A stretch of DNA of 64,000 nucleotides, taken from NCBI RefSeq assembly GCF_947568905.1, contig NC_079169.1:72540001-72604000 (forward strand), in the 5' to 3' direction. Every line of letters starts with the position of its first letter. Within the stretch, counting starts at the first letter, position 1. This document shows, one piece after another, positions 23,448-35,422 of this stretch. Position numbers and translations under genes: made by a program. The stretch is from Ostrea edulis (Eukaryota). Below the pieces are notes generated by a model. It ran no database searches and was not told where the DNA came from. It saw only the letters and a program-made list of their open reading frames with translations.

Positions 23448-25620
23448 TTAAAATCGTGTACATCTGCAAACATTGTCAATACAATGCCTCCTGTTTTGTG
23501 GACAATTCCAGTCGGTTAAGGCTTGACATTCCTTGACTGTCGTGCATGCTGGAAAAGAATAATTAAAGAATTAACGAATCATAAAAATTTAGAATCAATA
23601 TATACTAGTGAAATTTATCTTCTTGTATCAACATTGAATAGTCATGCAAAGGAATACTAGTTTATCGCTGTTCCAGTTGACGATCTCTCACTCTTATCTG
23701 TCAAACTGTCCTCAAAATCTAGACTTGATAAAATTAACATGTACAATGAGATTAAACAGGAACATCAGTACATGGATATAATATTTTGATGCAATATTTG
23801 ACAGCGTAATGTGTATTTCTGACTGTGTAATGTGTATTTCTGACAGCGTAATGTGTATTTCTGACGGCGTAATGTGTATTTCTGACAGCGTAATGTGTAT
23901 TTCTGACGGCGTAATGTGTATTTCTGACAGCGTAATGTGTATTTCTGACTGTGTAATGTGTATTTCTGACGGCGTAATGTGTATTTCTGACAGCGTAATG
24001 TGTATTTCTGACAGTGTAATGTGTATTTCTGACAGCGTAATGTGTATTTCTGACTGCGTAATGTGTATTTCTGACAGCGTAATGTGTATTTCTGACTGCG
24101 TAATGTATATTTCTGACTGTGTAATGTGTATTTCTGACTGTGTAATGTGTATTTCTGACTGTGTAATGTGTATTTCTGACTGCGTAATGTGTATTTCTGA
24201 CAGCGTAATGTGTATTTCTGACAGCGTAATGTGTATTTCTGACAGTGTAATGTGTATTTCTGACTGCGTAATGTGTATTTCTGACAGCGTAATGTGTATT
24301 TCTGACGGCGTAATGTGTATTTCTGACTGTGTAATGTGTATTTCTGACGGCGTAATGTGTATTTCTGACAGCGTAATGTGTATTTCTGACTACGTAATGT
24401 GTATTTCTGACTGTGTAATGTGTATTTCTGACTGCGTAATGTGTATTTCTGACTGCGTAACAGGTAATTTCGACTGCTACCGCCGCGGTGGTCTAGAGGT
24501 AGAGCATTCGCCCCGCATGCGGAAGGTCAGGGTTTGAATTCCGGCCGCGACAGACCTAAGTCATTACAATAGGTTGTGACAGTTCCCATCGCCAAACGCT
24601 CGTCATCAGTTGTGAATGTTATGGGTCCTCTGAGATGACCTTAAAAACGGATGTCCCGTGCCCGTAACACCCATTAGGTGTGGACCGCTAAAGAATTCCC
24701 ACTACTCAGTGGTCGTAAGCGCCGAGCATAGGCCTAAATTTGAAGCCTTTCACCGGTATTGGTGACGTCTCTATATGAGTGAAAAATTCTCGAGAGGGAC
24801 ATTTATCAATACACAATCAATCGACTGCGTAACAGTTTGACACTCTATAGTATACGATTCTGAATGACATTCGTGTATGTATCATCGTCTTTGAAGAAAT
24901 CAAGTTACACCTTTCATATATTTTTGATGAATATGGAAACAATATTTACTCCACTTATATAAACAATATGAGTTCTATATTCGAAACAATAAAGCTGGGC
25001 AACTTTTAAAGCACAACACCATACCCATGTTCGTGGCAACTGTGCACGTGCAGAATCCGTCCACACAGTGGAGCTCGGAGGTAGAATCACATGATGTGTG
25101 TTGACACTCAGTATGTGAGCTGGTACAGGTCTCAGATAGGACGTAGCCTGTCAATTAAAACAAAAAAGCATGTTCTGATAAGTGCAACAGTGTCTCGTTT
25201 CCACACACCGTGTCATCACGAAAATGAGAATTCCATACACCCCGCCGTCATGTTATAATCAGTGGAGATTGATGGTGGCATGTACGGGTGAATGAATAGT
25301 GATCTGATTGATTCATGAGAAAGAAATTGTTCAAACCGATTTTAATAACTATAGTATTTTCTACGGAACATACCCAAATAATTTTTAGGAAGCTTGAATA
25401 TGTTTTTTTTATATATACTAACTATTTAGGAAAAAAGGAGGAAGGGGTTAAATTATTAAGGAGACGTAATGATATATGTATTATGACCAAACATTAAAAA
25501 ATGAAAAAATGAAGGTAGCAGCTTCAGGGGATTTTTGGCAAAAAACAAAACAACATGCATCCTGATTCATTGTTATAGTTACTTACCGATAAGGCAAGCA
25601 AGCAAAACTACTGTTTTCAT
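23448..25620 (-). CDS. Secreted 12-Cys serine protease inhibitor, cvSI/I84-like (gene B, 85 aa, 3 exons)
   Basis: Exons 25620-25587, 25147-25025 and 23548-23448, phase-1 GT-AG introns. Protein: MKTVVLLACLIGYVLS-ETCTSSHTECQHTSCDSTSELHCVDGFCTCTVATNMACTTVKECQALTDWNCPQNRRHCIDNVCRCTRF*. AATAAA at 23444-23439; TATTTAA at 25671-25665. Confidence 0.9.
23806..24461. repeat. 21-bp minisatellite, ~31 copies, in intron 2 of gene B
   Basis: Unit GTAATGTGTATTTCTGAC(AGC/TGT/GGC/TGC); explains ORF 23809..24537. Confidence 0.97.
24478..24815 (+). mobile_element. tRNA-derived SINE
   Basis: Head CCGCCGCGGTGGTCTAGAGGTAGAGC...GGGTTTGAATTCC, shared body and CAATCAATC tail. Confidence 0.85.
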
Positions 25621-25994
25621 TTTAGTTTGCTTATTCCAACTGGGAGGTTTACCTATATGATCCCTTAAATACTGTTCCATTTATACGCGTTATCTTCTTT
25701 GAGGACACGAGCGTGTTGTCTAACCTTGCGAACTGTTACAAAACGGCCGTCTGTTTTTATCTATGTGTGCATGCACGCATCTATGAGGCATCTGTTGCTT
25801 CCAAACTGCAAGGCGATGTATCATACTTTGGTTGCCCTAAGTTTATATTTACAATACTCATTATATTACTTTCAGCTCATGTGAGTTTTTCTGATCGAAG
25901 TTTGTTTTGTCGTCAATCTGTGAACTTTTTTTACACTTTCGACTTCAAGGGACCAATTTCAATCAAACTGGTGCAAAGTGTCCTTGGCTAAAGA

Positions 25995-26305
25995 GTTTAT
26001 TTAGATAAAAGACCATGTTTCCGTCTTTTCTACCAGATGTAGGATCAGGTGCCCAGGAGGAATAAGCATTCCTTGTCGACCGGCCATACCCGCCGTGAGC
26101 CCTGTATTTTGATCAGGTAAACGGAGTAATCCGTAGTCAAATTCAGTGTGTAAAGAACAGCCGAACAATTGGTATGAAACATGCCAAAGAGCATTTGACC
26201 CCATGACAGGTTGTATTTGTAAATTAGATCATTATATCGACCATAGCATTTGCGAAATACTGTCTTTGAACGAGACTGTTGAATCCTCTGTAACATCACT
26301 TGTTT
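25995..26305 (-). mobile_element. Penelope-like element 3' fragment
   Basis: Reverse complement of the same tail (FRKCYGRYNDL; CCTGATCAAAATACAGGGCTCACGGCGGG). Confidence 0.75.
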
Positions 26306-26651
26306 GTCAGTGGCCTGCCCTGATTTAAAAACTGATTTATCTCAAGAGCCACAACTGTGACCCCCATACCTGGGACGGGCTACAAAGTTTAACGTAAAAT
26401 TGTGCAGGAGATTCTTTCAAAATCATATTCTCAAGAACTAAGGAATACAGTTTGTCAAGTTAAAATGCAAGCATCCTATTGTAATGTAATTCCAATGTTA
26501 TTTATTACAATTGTTTTGATTGGACAAAAATAAAGCTGAACAAGAGTTTATACATCAATAAACCCGAAAACGCGATGTATTCATACACGCCTGAAAACAA
26601 ATAACATAGTGCGGGGAAACTATTCAAATTTTTGCAATTGTTAAAAGAATC

Positions 26652-26798
26652 AAACATTCTTTTTGAAGAATTTATCGATGTGTAAACTCCGGACATTTTA
26701 CTCAGAAACTTAAAATAAAAATGCTTCGCACTTTTATTCAGTTTGTGAGTAAAATGTCCGGAGTTTACACATCGATAAATTCTTCAAAAAGAATGTTT
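26652..26798. repeat. Near-perfect inverted repeat, 59-bp arms, 29-bp spacer
   Basis: Arms 26652-26710 and 26740-26798 with one mismatch. Confidence 0.92.
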
Positions 26799-27004
26799 AA
26801 TCCTATAGTAAATTCAAGTTTATTGACGACATTTCCCCTGGAACATAAGCTTAGCCACATTTTGCATACGAATAGATAATGACATTCTGTAAAAAATATT
26901 TTACTCAACAAGGATGCAGTTCAGACAATATTAAGTTCCAAATTAAGTTTATAAATACTTGTATATTAGAAATGACAGTTATGACATATACTACATTTAA
27001 TCCC

Positions 27005-27117
27005 AGATAGATATCACAGTACACATAGAAGAAATAGCAAAAGATAGATACCACAGTACACATAGAAGAAATAGCAAAAGATAGATATCACATTACACAT
27101 AGAAGAAATAGTAAAAG
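27005..27117. repeat. 37-bp tandem repeat x3
   Basis: Unit AGATAGATATCACAGTACACATAGAAGAAATAGCAAA. Confidence 0.85.
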
Positions 27118-28069
27118 TACAAGCACAATTTTTATAATAATCGTAAACACAACGAGACGTTAGGGTGGGGTTTTTTTGGGGGGTGGGGGGTGGAGTTCAG
27201 TTATTGTTATGAATATACAGAGAAAGCAGTGTATAGTGTAAAGAAAATAAACCCTAGAAAAAATGAAAAAGATCTGTAAACATAGAACACATAAGGGAAT
27301 ATCCAAACATAGAACAGGAAAAGAAATGTGAAAGTAAAGGGCATAAAAAAAAATCTGTAAACGAAAGGGAATGGACACAACATGTGTAAAATGTGGAATA
27401 ACGTGTAGAGATTGATTTAGACACAAGATAACACAGCGTGGTGTGAGTTATGGTAGCCTATTTCATTACTACACAAAATGGACGTGCTAGTCTTTTTTAT
27501 TAATTAAATATGTTCAAGTTAGAGTGACGGTAAATATTCAGTTTTGTCTTGCTATTGTGTTCATCATCAATAAAAGAGAGTGTCCATTCTCAAATTTCTC
27601 TATTTTTCATGTTTTGTTCATTGTAAAAGTGCTTAGTAGCTGTGAAGTAGCAAATGTTTTATACAATAAGTCTGTTGAAGTACATCTTCTTGCTTTGTAT
27701 ATTTTACAAATATTTGAAATATTCCCAATTCTTTGATTTATCTAAAACATCAAAACTTCTTTATATACGCATCCATAGGACTCTAACAATGTCATCTGCC
27801 TAGATTCACAGACTGCATTTTTTCAATCAATCTAAAGAAGCGGGGATCCAGTTTACATCCTTGAAGACCATCTTTAAAACACATATAATTTTACTCTGAA
27901 GTGTCGACCAGCCAGAAGTGCTAGGTTAATATGTATGTCATAATCTTCGAAGTTTCCTTAATTTGTTGTGTAAATCGTGTTTTATCTTACACTCACCTTG
28001 ACAAAACTCGCCACGATCGGGAACCAGTGTATTTATAACCATACGTGACGGGGCAGCTCGGCATACAAC

Positions 28070-29680
28070 ATGAGAAAAGCACTCGTTCTTGCTCTTGTTT
28101 CGGCGTACATTGGTAATATATCCGTTACTGTTTTGAGAGGTTTTATCTATGTAGAGCCTAATTTTGTTTGAAAAATCAGTTAACTTTTATTCACTGTTTA
28201 TCAATATCATAGTCAATCAATTGATAATGTTCAGAGGCTTGATGTTAGACAAGGAATGGAATACTAATCTAGTGTTAAACTTCAAATTACTTAAAGAGAC
28301 ACATTCTAATGACACGAAGGAAGTTTTGAGTTTGAAGCGGAGTTGTGTTTTTGGTTTTTTATGTTACCGATGGGTTTTTTTGTGTGTATTTATTTTGTTG
28401 TTGCTGTTGTAGTTTTATGAGGGTGGGGGTGGAGAGTTTATCCCACTTTGTTGTATTCAGATGAAAATTGTCAAACTATTACTGATTTGTCCATGAGATA
28501 ATCCTTCAAGATATGTTTTGAGTGAAGTAAAACGATGGGTTATCGTTATTGATACTGATTTTGGGTTTTAATTTGTCGTTGCGTCTGTGTTAAGGTATTG
28601 CGGTCTTTGAGACCTGTACTAATAACAATGACTGCAGCAACACCACTCAGTGTGACAGCGTAACCGAAGTACAGTGCACCAACGGAACATGTACCTGTGA
28701 ACTCAGAGAAGGGTGTAAGTATCCTTTACTTTCTCTAAATCTGTCTATCCTTTTACCGGTATGTGATGCTTTTGTTAGACCTAATTGTACATGACAACTT
28801 TTGGTGTATTCTGAAATGAATATGATAAATATTTGCAGCGATTGTCGTTTTCCTTTCTTTACTGCACAAGAGACCCTTGATTCCCTTATTACTTCCGTAT
28901 TAATATGACAAAATATTATTCCTTTCCAAATGACCACAGGGATACAAATTGTGAAAATAATCCTCATATGGCAATAGACTTACGTGTGTTTAAATTATGT
29001 CCGCCAAGGATCAGAAAGCCATAATAGAAAGCGTGAAGCTTTACAAAATTCAAAGCACGTTTGGACTGCAGTTTGTCTACCAATATCCAAGCATCTTCTT
29101 GTAGGATTCACTTTAGATGAAAAAAAATCATCTATTGAAATTTCAGTAAACTATTACATGTAAAAGTTTTCTCGTTTCTTAAACCTTGTTTTACCTTCAT
29201 TTGTATTCCTTGTGTTTATCATTAAGAACTGCTGCTGTTATTCTTTGCCCCTTTCCTTGGTTGTGGAATATTCTTCTTCTTTTTTTTTACCTTGGTTGTG
29301 GAGTAATTCGATTTTGATCTTGGTTGCGGAGTAATTCGTTTTTGACCTTGGTTGTGGAGTAATTCGTTTTTTGACCTTGGTTGAGTAATTTTTTTTTTAC
29401 CTTGTTTGTGAAGTAATCCGTTTTTTTACCTTAGTTGAGTAGTAATTCGTTTTTTACCTTCGTTGAGGAGTAATTCGTTTTTGACCTTGGTTGTGGAGTA
29501 ATTCGTTTTTGACCTTGGTTGTGCAGTAATTCGTTTTTGACCTTGGTTGCGAAGTAATTCGTTTTTGTCTTTGTTGTAGTTTGTGACTCGAGAGGTGACT
29601 GCTTGAACATGCAAAACTGGTTTTGTCCCGCCGAGCTCAGACACTGTATTGATCAGCACTGCCGATGTCGCTTTATGTGA
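28070..29680 (+). CDS. Secreted 12-Cys serine protease inhibitor, cvSI/I84-like (gene C, 87 aa, 3 exons)
   Basis: Exons 28070-28112, 28595-28714 and 29580-29680, phase-1 GT-AG introns. Protein: MRKALVLALVSAYIGIAVF-ETCTNNNDCSNTTQCDSVTEVQCTNGTCTCELREGFCDSRGDCLNMQNWFCPAELRHCIDQHCRCRFM*. AATAAA at 29681-29686. Confidence 0.88.
29255..29579. repeat. ~28-bp minisatellite ending at the intron-2 acceptor of gene C
   Basis: Unit CCTTGGTTGTGGAGTAATTCGTTTTTGA, ~11 copies; the last variant unit ends TTGTTGTAG, the true acceptor. Confidence 0.9.
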
Positions 29681-29759
29681 AATAAATGCTTATAAAGATT
29701 GCTTTTATCTTAATTTTCATTTCTTGTGTGTATACAGCTCACTTCGTAGAGCATAGATT

Positions 29760-30405
29760 TGAAATAACGCTGTATGTGAGCTCGAAATAAAGGACACCAC
29801 AGAGTCGTCCACTTCTGCTTCATACTTAGATATTTTATTGAAAGTAGACATTAACGGCAAACGGACAACTCAACTGTATGACAAACGGGATGATTTCAGC
29901 TTCTCCATCGTCAACTTCCCATATTTGTGTAGCAATATTCCATTATCACCTGCATATGGTGTTTATATATCTCAACTGATTCGATATGCAAGAGCTTGTT
30001 CTGGGTATAGTCAGTTTTTAAATCGAGGTAAGCTACTGACAAACAAGTTGATGGTACAGGGATTTCAACAGTCTCGATTGAAGTCAGCATTTCGCAAATT
30101 CTATGGTCGTTATAACGATCTAGTTCGTCAATACAACCTCGCATTGGGTCAAATGCTGTCTGACGTGTTTCATACCGATTGTTAAGCCGTTCTTGGCACA
30201 CTGATTTTGACTGCGGATAACTCCGTTTACCTGATCAGGATATAGGGCTCACGGCGGGTGTGATCGGTCAACAGGGGATGCTTACTCCTCCTAGGCACCT
30301 GATCCCACCTCTGGTGTGTCCAGGGGTCCGTGTTTGCCCAACTATCTATTTTGTATTGCTTGTAGGAGTTATGAAATTGATCACTGTTCGTTATCTTCAC
30401 CTTGC
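29760..30405 (+). mobile_element. Penelope-like element 3' fragment (well preserved)
   Basis: ORF 29838..30185 (YDKRDDFSFSIVNFPYLCSNIP...FRKFYGRYNDL) plus the family tail. Confidence 0.8.
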
Positions 30406-30698
30406 ATGTGTCATGTTAAAAATTCTAAAAATAGCTCTTCACGCTGGGATTTCATGAACATTTACTTCCGTCCGGTTCACTCATTTTGAATTTTATGCCA
30501 AGCTGTTTTACATGTACATGTACCATTTTCTAAAAAATTGCGATATCTCAATATAATCCAAAGAGATGACTCTTCTTTTAAAGATATCTCTAAAAAGAGT
30601 AATGGATAAATTACTAATATACGCTTCAAGGGAAAGAACGAAAGTTTTTCTTATCTTGTATGTTGAACTGTGCCGTCACGTTTGGTTATAAATACATA

Positions 30699-30868
30699 TA
30701 CTGTATAATGATTCCCGAGAGTACCGAGTATCAGACATATACTGTGTAATGATTCCCGAGAGTACCGAGTATCAGACATATACTGTATAATAATTCCCGA
30801 GAGTACCGAGTATCAGACATATACTGTATAATAATTCCCGAGAGTACCGAGTATCAGACATATACTGT
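30699..30868. repeat. 41-bp minisatellite x4 (resumes at 34072-34130)
   Basis: Unit TACTGTATAATGATTCCCGAGAGTACCGAGTATCAGACATA. Confidence 0.9.
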
Positions 30869-30982
30869 AATATGTTGTACGGTGTGACCGTTGAGACGAG
30901 CGAAGCCCATTAACATCTTGCAACACGACTTTTATCCGCCTCTTCATTTAAGGCGGGAAATATAACGCGCTTGGTGTAAACA

Positions 30983-33748
30983 CATTCTCTACCCAGAGTT
31001 CCGTGCGCTCCTCGCACTACACCTCTGTCAACGGCTTTTTACAGAAATCTTGTAAAAGTTTCTTTGATCCAACATTTATGTTTTGGACTAAATATTTAGT
31101 CATATTATGATATGTTTTGGTGCAATCAAATTGATGCTTACTGTAAATTGTTTAAAATCGCCGTTTTCTGATCATAAATTTGGAACTACTTCGTAATGTG
31201 CGTATGGATGTAGGATATACACGTGGTGGAGATTTAAATGTAAACATGGAATCAAAAGTAAGAAAGGCTGTAAAAATACGATAAAACTTGTAAAATAAGA
31301 GACAAACAGCTAAACGGTAAATATGCACTTATTAAAGTGTCAGTTGGCTTGAAAAGAGCCTGATATATCACCTGTTGCCTGAACCTTTAAAGGGAAAGGA
31401 AACCTAGAATGATTGTTTATATCATGTGATTATATTTAAAAGGAAAAAGGGACAGCTCAAAAATGTTAACCCTGGTGTCTTCTATGAACACTTTAAGGAA
31501 CTAACAAGTAATTCGAACACGACTGCGACTACCAACCCTGAGCGTGCGAACGACAATCTCTGTGTTTTTGAAGAACTTGACTGTGAAATAACAGAAACTG
31601 AAATCACCGATGCTATCAAACGATTAAAGAGAGAAAAATCGCATGGAACGGACTTGTTGATTAATGAATATTTTATTGAATTTAAAAATGTTCTTGTACC
31701 TATTATTCACAAATTGTTTAATCGCATTTTTTCATCAGGTTTCTTCCCTCAAATGTGGTCAAAGTCGGTCATTGTTCCAATACTAAAGAAAGGGGATGTA
31801 TTAGACCCAAATAATTATAGAGGTATTAGCTTAGTTAGTTGTTTCTGTAAATTATTTACTTCTATTTTGAACCAGAGATTATTGTTATGGTCAAATTCCA
31901 ATGATGTTATTACCGATGCGCAGTTTGGTTTTCAGCCAAAGCGGGGTACAGCTGAGGCTATATTTATATTTAGCCTGAGTTCAATTATTGATATGACATT
32001 ATGTAAGAAAAAAAAGTTGTACTGCTGTTTTATAGATTTTAAAAAGGCGTTCGATTCAATTGAAAGAATAAAATTATGGAAAAAACTTAGCACTGTTGGC
32101 ATAAAGGGGAAACTACTTGGTATTATTCGTGTGATGTATGAAAATATGAAGTCTTGTGTCAGATCAGCAGGAATGTTGTCTGAGGTTTTCAAAAATGATA
32201 TCGGTTTATTACAGGGGGAAGTATTGTCACCCATACTTTTTTCATTATATGTTAATGATTTTGAGATCGAATTCTTAACAAAAGGGATGATCCCTGTACA
32301 AATACAAGAATTAAATCTGTTTGTCTTGATGTATGCAGACGACATGGTTATTTTTTCCGAAAGTGTTAATGATTTGCAGAGCATGCTGGATACACTTTTT
32401 ACCTATACCACAAAGTGGGATCTTTCAGTGAATGTAGAAAAAACAAAAATAGTTATTTTCAGAAATGGGAGTAAAATTAGCAGTAATGAAAGGTGGCATC
32501 TGAATGGGGAGCCTATAGAAATTGTTGATAAATTCACATACCTGGGTGTTTTAATGAATTACAATGGAAAGTTTAGCACCACACAAAAGCAATTGGCCAG
32601 CCAGGGCAGAAAAGCAATGTTTTCCTTGAAATCTAAAGTCAGCCAAATGTATTTAAACACAGAAACAATGTTATCCTTATTTGATACATATGTTGCAAGT
32701 ATACTTAATTACAGTTGTGAAGTTTGGGGTAGCCATAGTGCAAAAGATGTTGAAAAAGTGCACTTGGAATATTTGAAGTCTGTACTGGGTGTCAGGAAAA
32801 ATACAAATAATGGTATGGTGTATATAGAAACAGGCAGACTGCCCATGAACATTGTTCGCTGGTTTAGAATTTTTAAATTTTGGTTTAAATTATTACAAAG
32901 TGAAAATTGTATTTTGAAAACATGTTACAAAAGTTTACGTGAAGAAGCAGACAAGGGTGGAAATCGTGTGATTAATTGGGCTATCCATATAAAAAACAAA
33001 CTATTTGATATAGGTTTGGGTCATATTTGGTGTAATCAAGAATATAATGGCGTATATTGTAATACTTATTTCCCAATAATTAAGCAAAGAATTTCTGATA
33101 TTTTGTGCAGAGTATTGTTGAACAAATCAACTCCTCACCAAGATGTAAAATTTATATGTACATTTATGACTATTTTTCATTGCAATTTTACTTGATGAAG
33201 GCTATACCACATGTTTATAAAAAACATATTAGTAGAATTAGAATGTCTTCGCATAATCTTGCCATTGAGAGTGGACGTCATTTTAATGTAGCAAGAAATA
33301 ACCGCTATTGTAAACTTTGTAATTTAGATATTGAGGATGAATTTCATTTCATTTTAAAATGCCCTTACTTTATTGAATTACGCAGGAAATATATCAAGAA
33401 GTATTATTGGAAAAACCCATCTGTTTTTAAACTTATACAATTATTAAGTGTAAAAAATTTCAAAGAGTTGTGTAATTTGGGGAAATATCTTTACTGTGCC
33501 TTTAATTTACGTAATGATTTACTTATGTAGCATTCTCTGTCTATAAATTCACATCAGTATTGTGTAACATACCATATAATGTCATGCCATGCCATACTAT
33601 ACAATTGTTAACTTGTTTATTATTTTTGTAAACATGTATGCCATAAGACGTATGTCTTCAGCAATAAAGAATAATATTGTCACGTGATTCCAAGCGTTGA
33701 CAGAGGTGTGTGTGAAGCTTGCGTAACGCGCCCTCTGGTGAGAGAATG
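30983..33748. mobile_element. Mutator-like MITE with 10-bp TSD, hosting a LINE
   Basis: Ends CATTCTCTACCCAGAG / CTCTGGTGAGAGAATG; GGTGTAAACA duplicated at 30973-30982 and 33749-33758. Confidence 0.85.
31426..33675 (+). mobile_element. 5'-truncated non-LTR retrotransposon (RT + C-terminal CCHC knuckle, RTE-X-like), one frameshift
   Basis: ORF 31426..33195 with NYRGISL, QFGF, FIDFKKAFD, LLQGEVLSP and MYADD; ORF 33105..33530 with CKLC..EDEFHFILKC; AATAAA at the 3' end; no endonuclease domain. Confidence 0.9.
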
Positions 33749-34522
33749 GGTGTAAACAGTTACAAATTGTGACGTCACATTAGCTGCAATGTTTTTTCTT
33801 TTTCTCTCAAACCAAGCAAAAACAAAATTTTTGAAGCTATGAGAAAGCTTGTCTGGAATTTAAAAACGTTTATGGTACTTTCTAAACAATCTAATTATTT
33901 TAATTACGGGTTTGTCAATGAAGTATACCGCAGTGATGGCGACATTTTTGCAGAAGCATTATGGATAATACTCATCTTTTTTCAGCTGAAGAAGAGCAAA
34001 TCACGTGACTCATATGTGTAATCATTGGAGCGAGCTCGTTGCGTCGTTTCGCGACACGAGCTTCGCTCGGTATAATGATTCCCGAGAGTACCGAGTATCA
34101 GACATGTACTGTATAATGAGTATCAGACACGTGTTAGATAAAACACAATTTACCTAACAAATCAAGGAAACTTAGAAAATTATGACTAGCATTTCTAGCT
34201 GGTCACCACTTCAGTAAAATGTTATGTGCTTTAAAGGTGTTCTTCAAGGATATAAACTGGATCCCCACTTATCTAGATTGATTGAAATAAATATAATTTG
34301 TACAACTATGCAGATGACACTGTCAAAATCCTATGAATGCTTATATAAAGAAGTTATTAATTAGATGCTTTAGTCAAACCATTAAAAATATTGCAACTAT
34401 TTATTAAAATTCATAAAGCAATAAAATGTACTTTAAAACGTATTTTAAAGAGATATTGTGTCATGGTGCAGTACTTCTTCCTTTGATCTTAGTTATTCTT
34501 TAAATCAGACAGAAATCCAGCG

Positions 34523-34790
34523 TACAATAACTTCCAGGGGGCAGAGCTTAGCTGTACATTAACTTCCAGGGGGCAGAGCTTAGCTGTACAATAATATCCA
34601 GGGGGCAGAGCTTAGCTGTACAATAACTTCCAGGGGGCAGAGCTTAGCTGTACAATAACTTCCAGGGGGCAGAGCTTAGCTGTACAATAACTTCCAGGGG
34701 CAGAGCTTAGCTGTACAATAACTTCCAGGGGGCAGAGCTTAGCTGTACAATAACTTCCAGGGGCAGAGCTTAGCTGTACAATAACTTCCA
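34523..34790. repeat. 32-bp minisatellite x~8
   Basis: Unit TACAATAACTTCCAGGGGGCAGAGCTTAGCTG. Confidence 0.95.
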
Positions 34791-34924
34791 CGGAACCGTA
34801 CTATAACTTCCAAACTATGAACATAGCTAGAAAACAACAATTTTGTAACATCAATCAATGATGAAATAATAACAAAAGCAACATAGAAATGAATTAAGCA
34901 TAATTGATGTGTTCAGTTAACACA

Positions 34925-35138
34925 TGCAGTGGCAGATCCAGGATTTCCAAAGAAAAGGAGACGTATTAGCAAAAATACTTAACATTTGGGTGCCAAATCT
35001 GAAGTTTTACTCGCATTATTTCTTATTTCAATATGTTCTGTGCAGGGTTTGGATGTTTTCAACCTTATTATATACATGTATGCATGCCATGCAATAATAC
35101 CTTGTAAATGTGGCGAGGGGTCGCTAAATCCGCCACTC
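34925..35138. mobile_element. Short MITE
   Basis: Ends CAGTGGCAGATCC / AATCCGCCACTC form degenerate TIRs. Confidence 0.5.
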
Positions 35139-35364
35139 ACACATCAGTAGATTCTGTACTACAAAGGTAATGATTCTCGACTGCAAAAAGCACGTGTTAT
35201 ACGTAGCTAAAGTCTGCGACATACATGTACTTAAATGCCCGATCCCTCACCTGCGCCTTATATATATATATATATATGTATAATCCATTACTAATATGTG
35301 CATGTTCAAGATAACGTCATCCAAATCATTATGAAACTCTAAAAAGTCAGTGTCACCGATCTCC

Positions 35365-35422
35365 CAATCTCTACCCAGAGTTATCATTCCTTACACTCAC
35401 TCACAATTCTGGGTAGAGATTG
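35365..35422. mobile_element. 58-bp minimal MITE with 14-bp TIRs and perfect 9-bp TSD
   Basis: CAATCTCTACCCAG...CTGGGTAGAGATTG; CCGATCTCC at 35356-35364 and 35423-35431. Confidence 0.88.

Noticed and set aside
23809-24537. 242-aa ORF of MCISDSV repeats as a Cys-rich protein
   Set aside because: It is the translation of a 21-bp minisatellite lying antisense in intron 2 of gene B; there is no signal peptide or promoter, and it ends in a SINE.
31426-33530. 589-aa ORF as a host gene or active retroelement
   Set aside because: It has RT only, is 5'-truncated without an endonuclease, and has a frameshift near 33105-33195; it is a LINE copy.
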